A stretch of DNA of 63,958 nucleotides, the filler included, from Vicugna vicugna (Eukaryota): NCBI GenBank assembly GCA_013265495.1. It is 71 parts of 70 records of this genome, joined end to end, with 100 filler letters (N's around TTAATTAATTAA, not from the genome) between each part and the next. Parts side by side here need not be neighbours in the genome. Positions count along the whole stretch, not along the records: positions 61,649 to 62,392 come from MU057636.1; positions 62,493 to 63,231 come from PNXW01001113.1; positions 63,332 to 63,958 come from PNXW01001139.1; 68 more parts are not named here. One strand, 5' to 3'. A program made the translations under genes and the position numbers. Positions 61,649 through 63,958 of this stretch are shown here, piece after piece. The notes under the pieces are model-generated. The model saw only the letters and a program-made list of their open reading frames with translations, did not search any database and was not told the origin of the DNA. How positions within the stretch are numbered: the stretch's first letter is position 1; each line of letters starts with the position of its first letter.

Positions 61649-62392
61649 GTATACGGAATTCCATGGTTATGTAAACAAATTAAATTATATGTGCATTGGT
61701 GGGAATATGCACAAAGAGTGTTTTCTGGTGCCAAATGTAAGATTTTAGAACCTGGTGATCGAAAAAACCTTTGAAGACATAGTGCATATTTCTAAGTGAA
61801 TATATGCCTTGTTTGGTGGATGAAAGGTCAGTAATCCACGTGCTCACAACTCAGAAANNNNNNNNNNNNNNNNNNNNNNNNNNNNNNNNNNNNNNNNNNN
61901 NNNNNNNNNNNNNNNNNNNNNNNNNNNNNNNNNNNNNNNNNNNNNNNNNNNNNNNNNNNNNNNNNNNNNNNNNNNNNNNNNNNNNNNNNNNNNNNNNNNN
62001 NNNNNNNNNNNNNNNNNNNNNNNNNNNNNNNNNNNNNNNNNNNNNNNNNNNNNNNNNNNNNNNNNNNNNNNNNNNNNNNNNNNNNNNNNNNNNNNNNNNN
62101 NNNNNNNNNNNNNNNNNNNNNNNNNNNNNNNNNNNNNNNNNNNNNNNNNNNNNNNNNNNNNNNNNNNNNNNNNNNNNNNNNNNNNNNNNNNNNNNNNNNN
62201 NNNNNNNNNNNNNNNNNNNNNNNNNNNNNNNNNNNNNNNNNNNNNNNNNNNNNNNNNNNNNNNNNNNNNNNNNNNNNNNNNNNNNNNNNNNNNNNNNNNN
62301 NNNNNNNNNNNNNNNNNNNNNNNNNAGTCATGCGCATGTTCACAATACAGAAATGCCTGTTTGAGGAATACTTGTGCATGAAACATGTTCCA
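61649..62392 (+). repeat. Satellite B
   Basis: CCATGGTTATGTAAACAA...TTTTAGAACCTGGTGAT...GGTGGATGAAAGGTCAGTAATCCAC. Confidence 0.9.
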
Positions 62393-62492
62393 NNNNNNNN
62401 NNNNNNNNNNNNNNNNNNNNNNNNNNNNNNNNNNNNTTAATTAATTAANNNNNNNNNNNNNNNNNNNNNNNNNNNNNNNNNNNNNNNNNNNN

Positions 62493-63231
62493 AACATATA
62501 TACATTTGTTATCCAATTTTTTCCCCTGTGAGCTGCCATAGATTATTTATATATTTCCCTGTGCTATTCAGTACAGTCCTGTTTATCTATTCTACAGTTT
62601 TGACCTCCCAGCCTATCTCTTCCCACACCCCACCCACTTGGCAACTAAAATTTTGTATTCTCTGGCTGCGAGTCTTTTTCTGTTTTGTATTTCTGCATTT
62701 TTTGTTTGGTTTGATTTGGTTTTTAGATTCCACACATGAGCCTTCTTATATGGTATTTTTCTTTCTCTTTCATCTTACTTCACTTAGACTGATTTTCCCC
62801 AGGAGCATCCATGTTCCTGAAAATGGCATTATGTTGTCAGTTTATAAGACTGACTACTAATCCATTGAATAAATATACCACCTCTTCTTTATCTAGTCAA
62901 ATGTCGATGGGCATTTAGTCTGTTTCCATGTCTTGGCTATTGTACATACTGCTGGCTATGATCATTGGTGTGCAGGTGTCATCCTGAAGTAGGGTTCCTT
63001 CTGGATTTATGCCCAGGAGTGGGATTCCTGGGTCATATGGTAAGTCTATTCCTTGGCTTTTGAGGAATCTCCATCCTGTTTTCCACAGTGGCTGCACCAA
63101 ACTGCATTGCCACCAGCAGTGAAGGATGGTTCCCTTTACTCCACAGCCTATCCAGCATTTGTCATTTGTGGGTTTTGGAATGATGACCATTCTGACTGGT
63201 GTGAAGTGATACCTCATTGCAGTTTTCATTT
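62493..63231 (-). mobile_element. L1 ORF2 C-terminus and 3' UTR
   Basis: KTAMRYHFTPVRMVII...[34 protein letters not shown] (CCHC region). Confidence 0.95.
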
Positions 63232-63331
63232 NNNNNNNNNNNNNNNNNNNNNNNNNNNNNNNNNNNNNNNNNNNNTTAATTAATTAANNNNNNNNNNNNN
63301 NNNNNNNNNNNNNNNNNNNNNNNNNNNNNNN

Positions 63332-63958
63332 CTTCTTTTTGAGTTTGGACAGAGGATGTTCGGTTTTCCTTACTTTATAAAAAACCAGCTTTTGGACTGG
63401 TGATATTTTTCCTATGGTTTTGTCAATCTCTATTATATTTATTTCCTCACCAATATTTATAATTTCCTTCCTTCTGCTGCCTTTTGTTGTTTTTTGTTCT
63501 TTTTCTAGTTCATTCTGCTGGTGGGTTCAATTGTTTATTTGTGATTGTTCTTCTTTTATGAGGAAAGCCTTTATTGCTGTAAACTCCCCTCTCAGCACTG
63601 CTTTGCATGTGTCCCATAAATTTTCTTTGGTTTTGCTTTCATGTTCTTTTGTCTCAAGGAACTTTTCCATTTCAGCTTTGATTTCTTCCTTGACGCATTT
63701 GTTTTTCAATAACATATTGTTTAATCTCCATGTTTTACTTTTGTTCTCCTTTGTTTCTCTGTTGTTGATGTCTAGCTTCATGGTTGTGTGGTCAGTAAAG
63801 ATGCTTGAGGTAATTTCTATCTTCTTAAAATTGCTGAGATTTCTTAACACCTATATCATGAAATCTGGTAAATATCCCATGTGCACTTGGAAAGAATGTA
63901 TATATTATATTTTTGGGGGTGTAATGCTCTGAAAATATCCACCAAGTGTAATATTTCT
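63332..63958 (-). mobile_element. L1 ORF2 endonuclease end and linker
   Basis: FKKIEITSSIFTDHTTMKL...TWRLNNMLL...NLWDTCKAVLRGEFTAI. Confidence 0.95.

Noticed and set aside
754..63287. Recurring TTAATTAATTAA as a CRISPR-like or regulatory repeat array
   Set aside because: Always embedded in fixed-length N runs; an assembly linker in a mammalian sequence with no cas genes
63414..63932. 172-aa hydrophobic plus-strand ORF
   Set aside because: Antisense shadow of L1 ORF2

Overview
This is not a contiguous locus. It is an artificial concatenation of about 71 short (0.4-1.5 kb) unplaced mammalian scaffolds joined by 70 copies of a synthetic 100-bp linker (44 N + TTAATTAATTAA + 44 N), so adjacency across linkers means nothing. 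The L1 3' ends and a Tigger1 derivative point to a cetartiodactyl, most likely a camelid (inference). About 30 scaffolds are satellite DNA of five kinds, labelled here: A, a degenerate TTCTATA-type heptamer; B, a ~247-bp monomer arranged as a ~740-bp trimer; C, diverged ~262-266-bp monomers with higher-order structure; D, homogeneous CpG-rich 265-269-bp monomers; E, a 249-bp monomer. By-eye alignment shows that B and E share an ancestor, and so do C and D. The rest is L1, MIR, L2, MER5, Tigger1 and LTR fragments, anonymous sequence and a few gene relics: a PTMA 3' UTR, a disabled ANO6 exon, a frameshifted RPS6KL1 retrocopy, a candidate 18-nt microexon and an apparently tandemised L1 ORF1 relic. 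I find no intact protein-coding gene, RNA gene or CRISPR array. Almost all ORFs in the supplied track are artefacts of N runs or low-complexity repeats.
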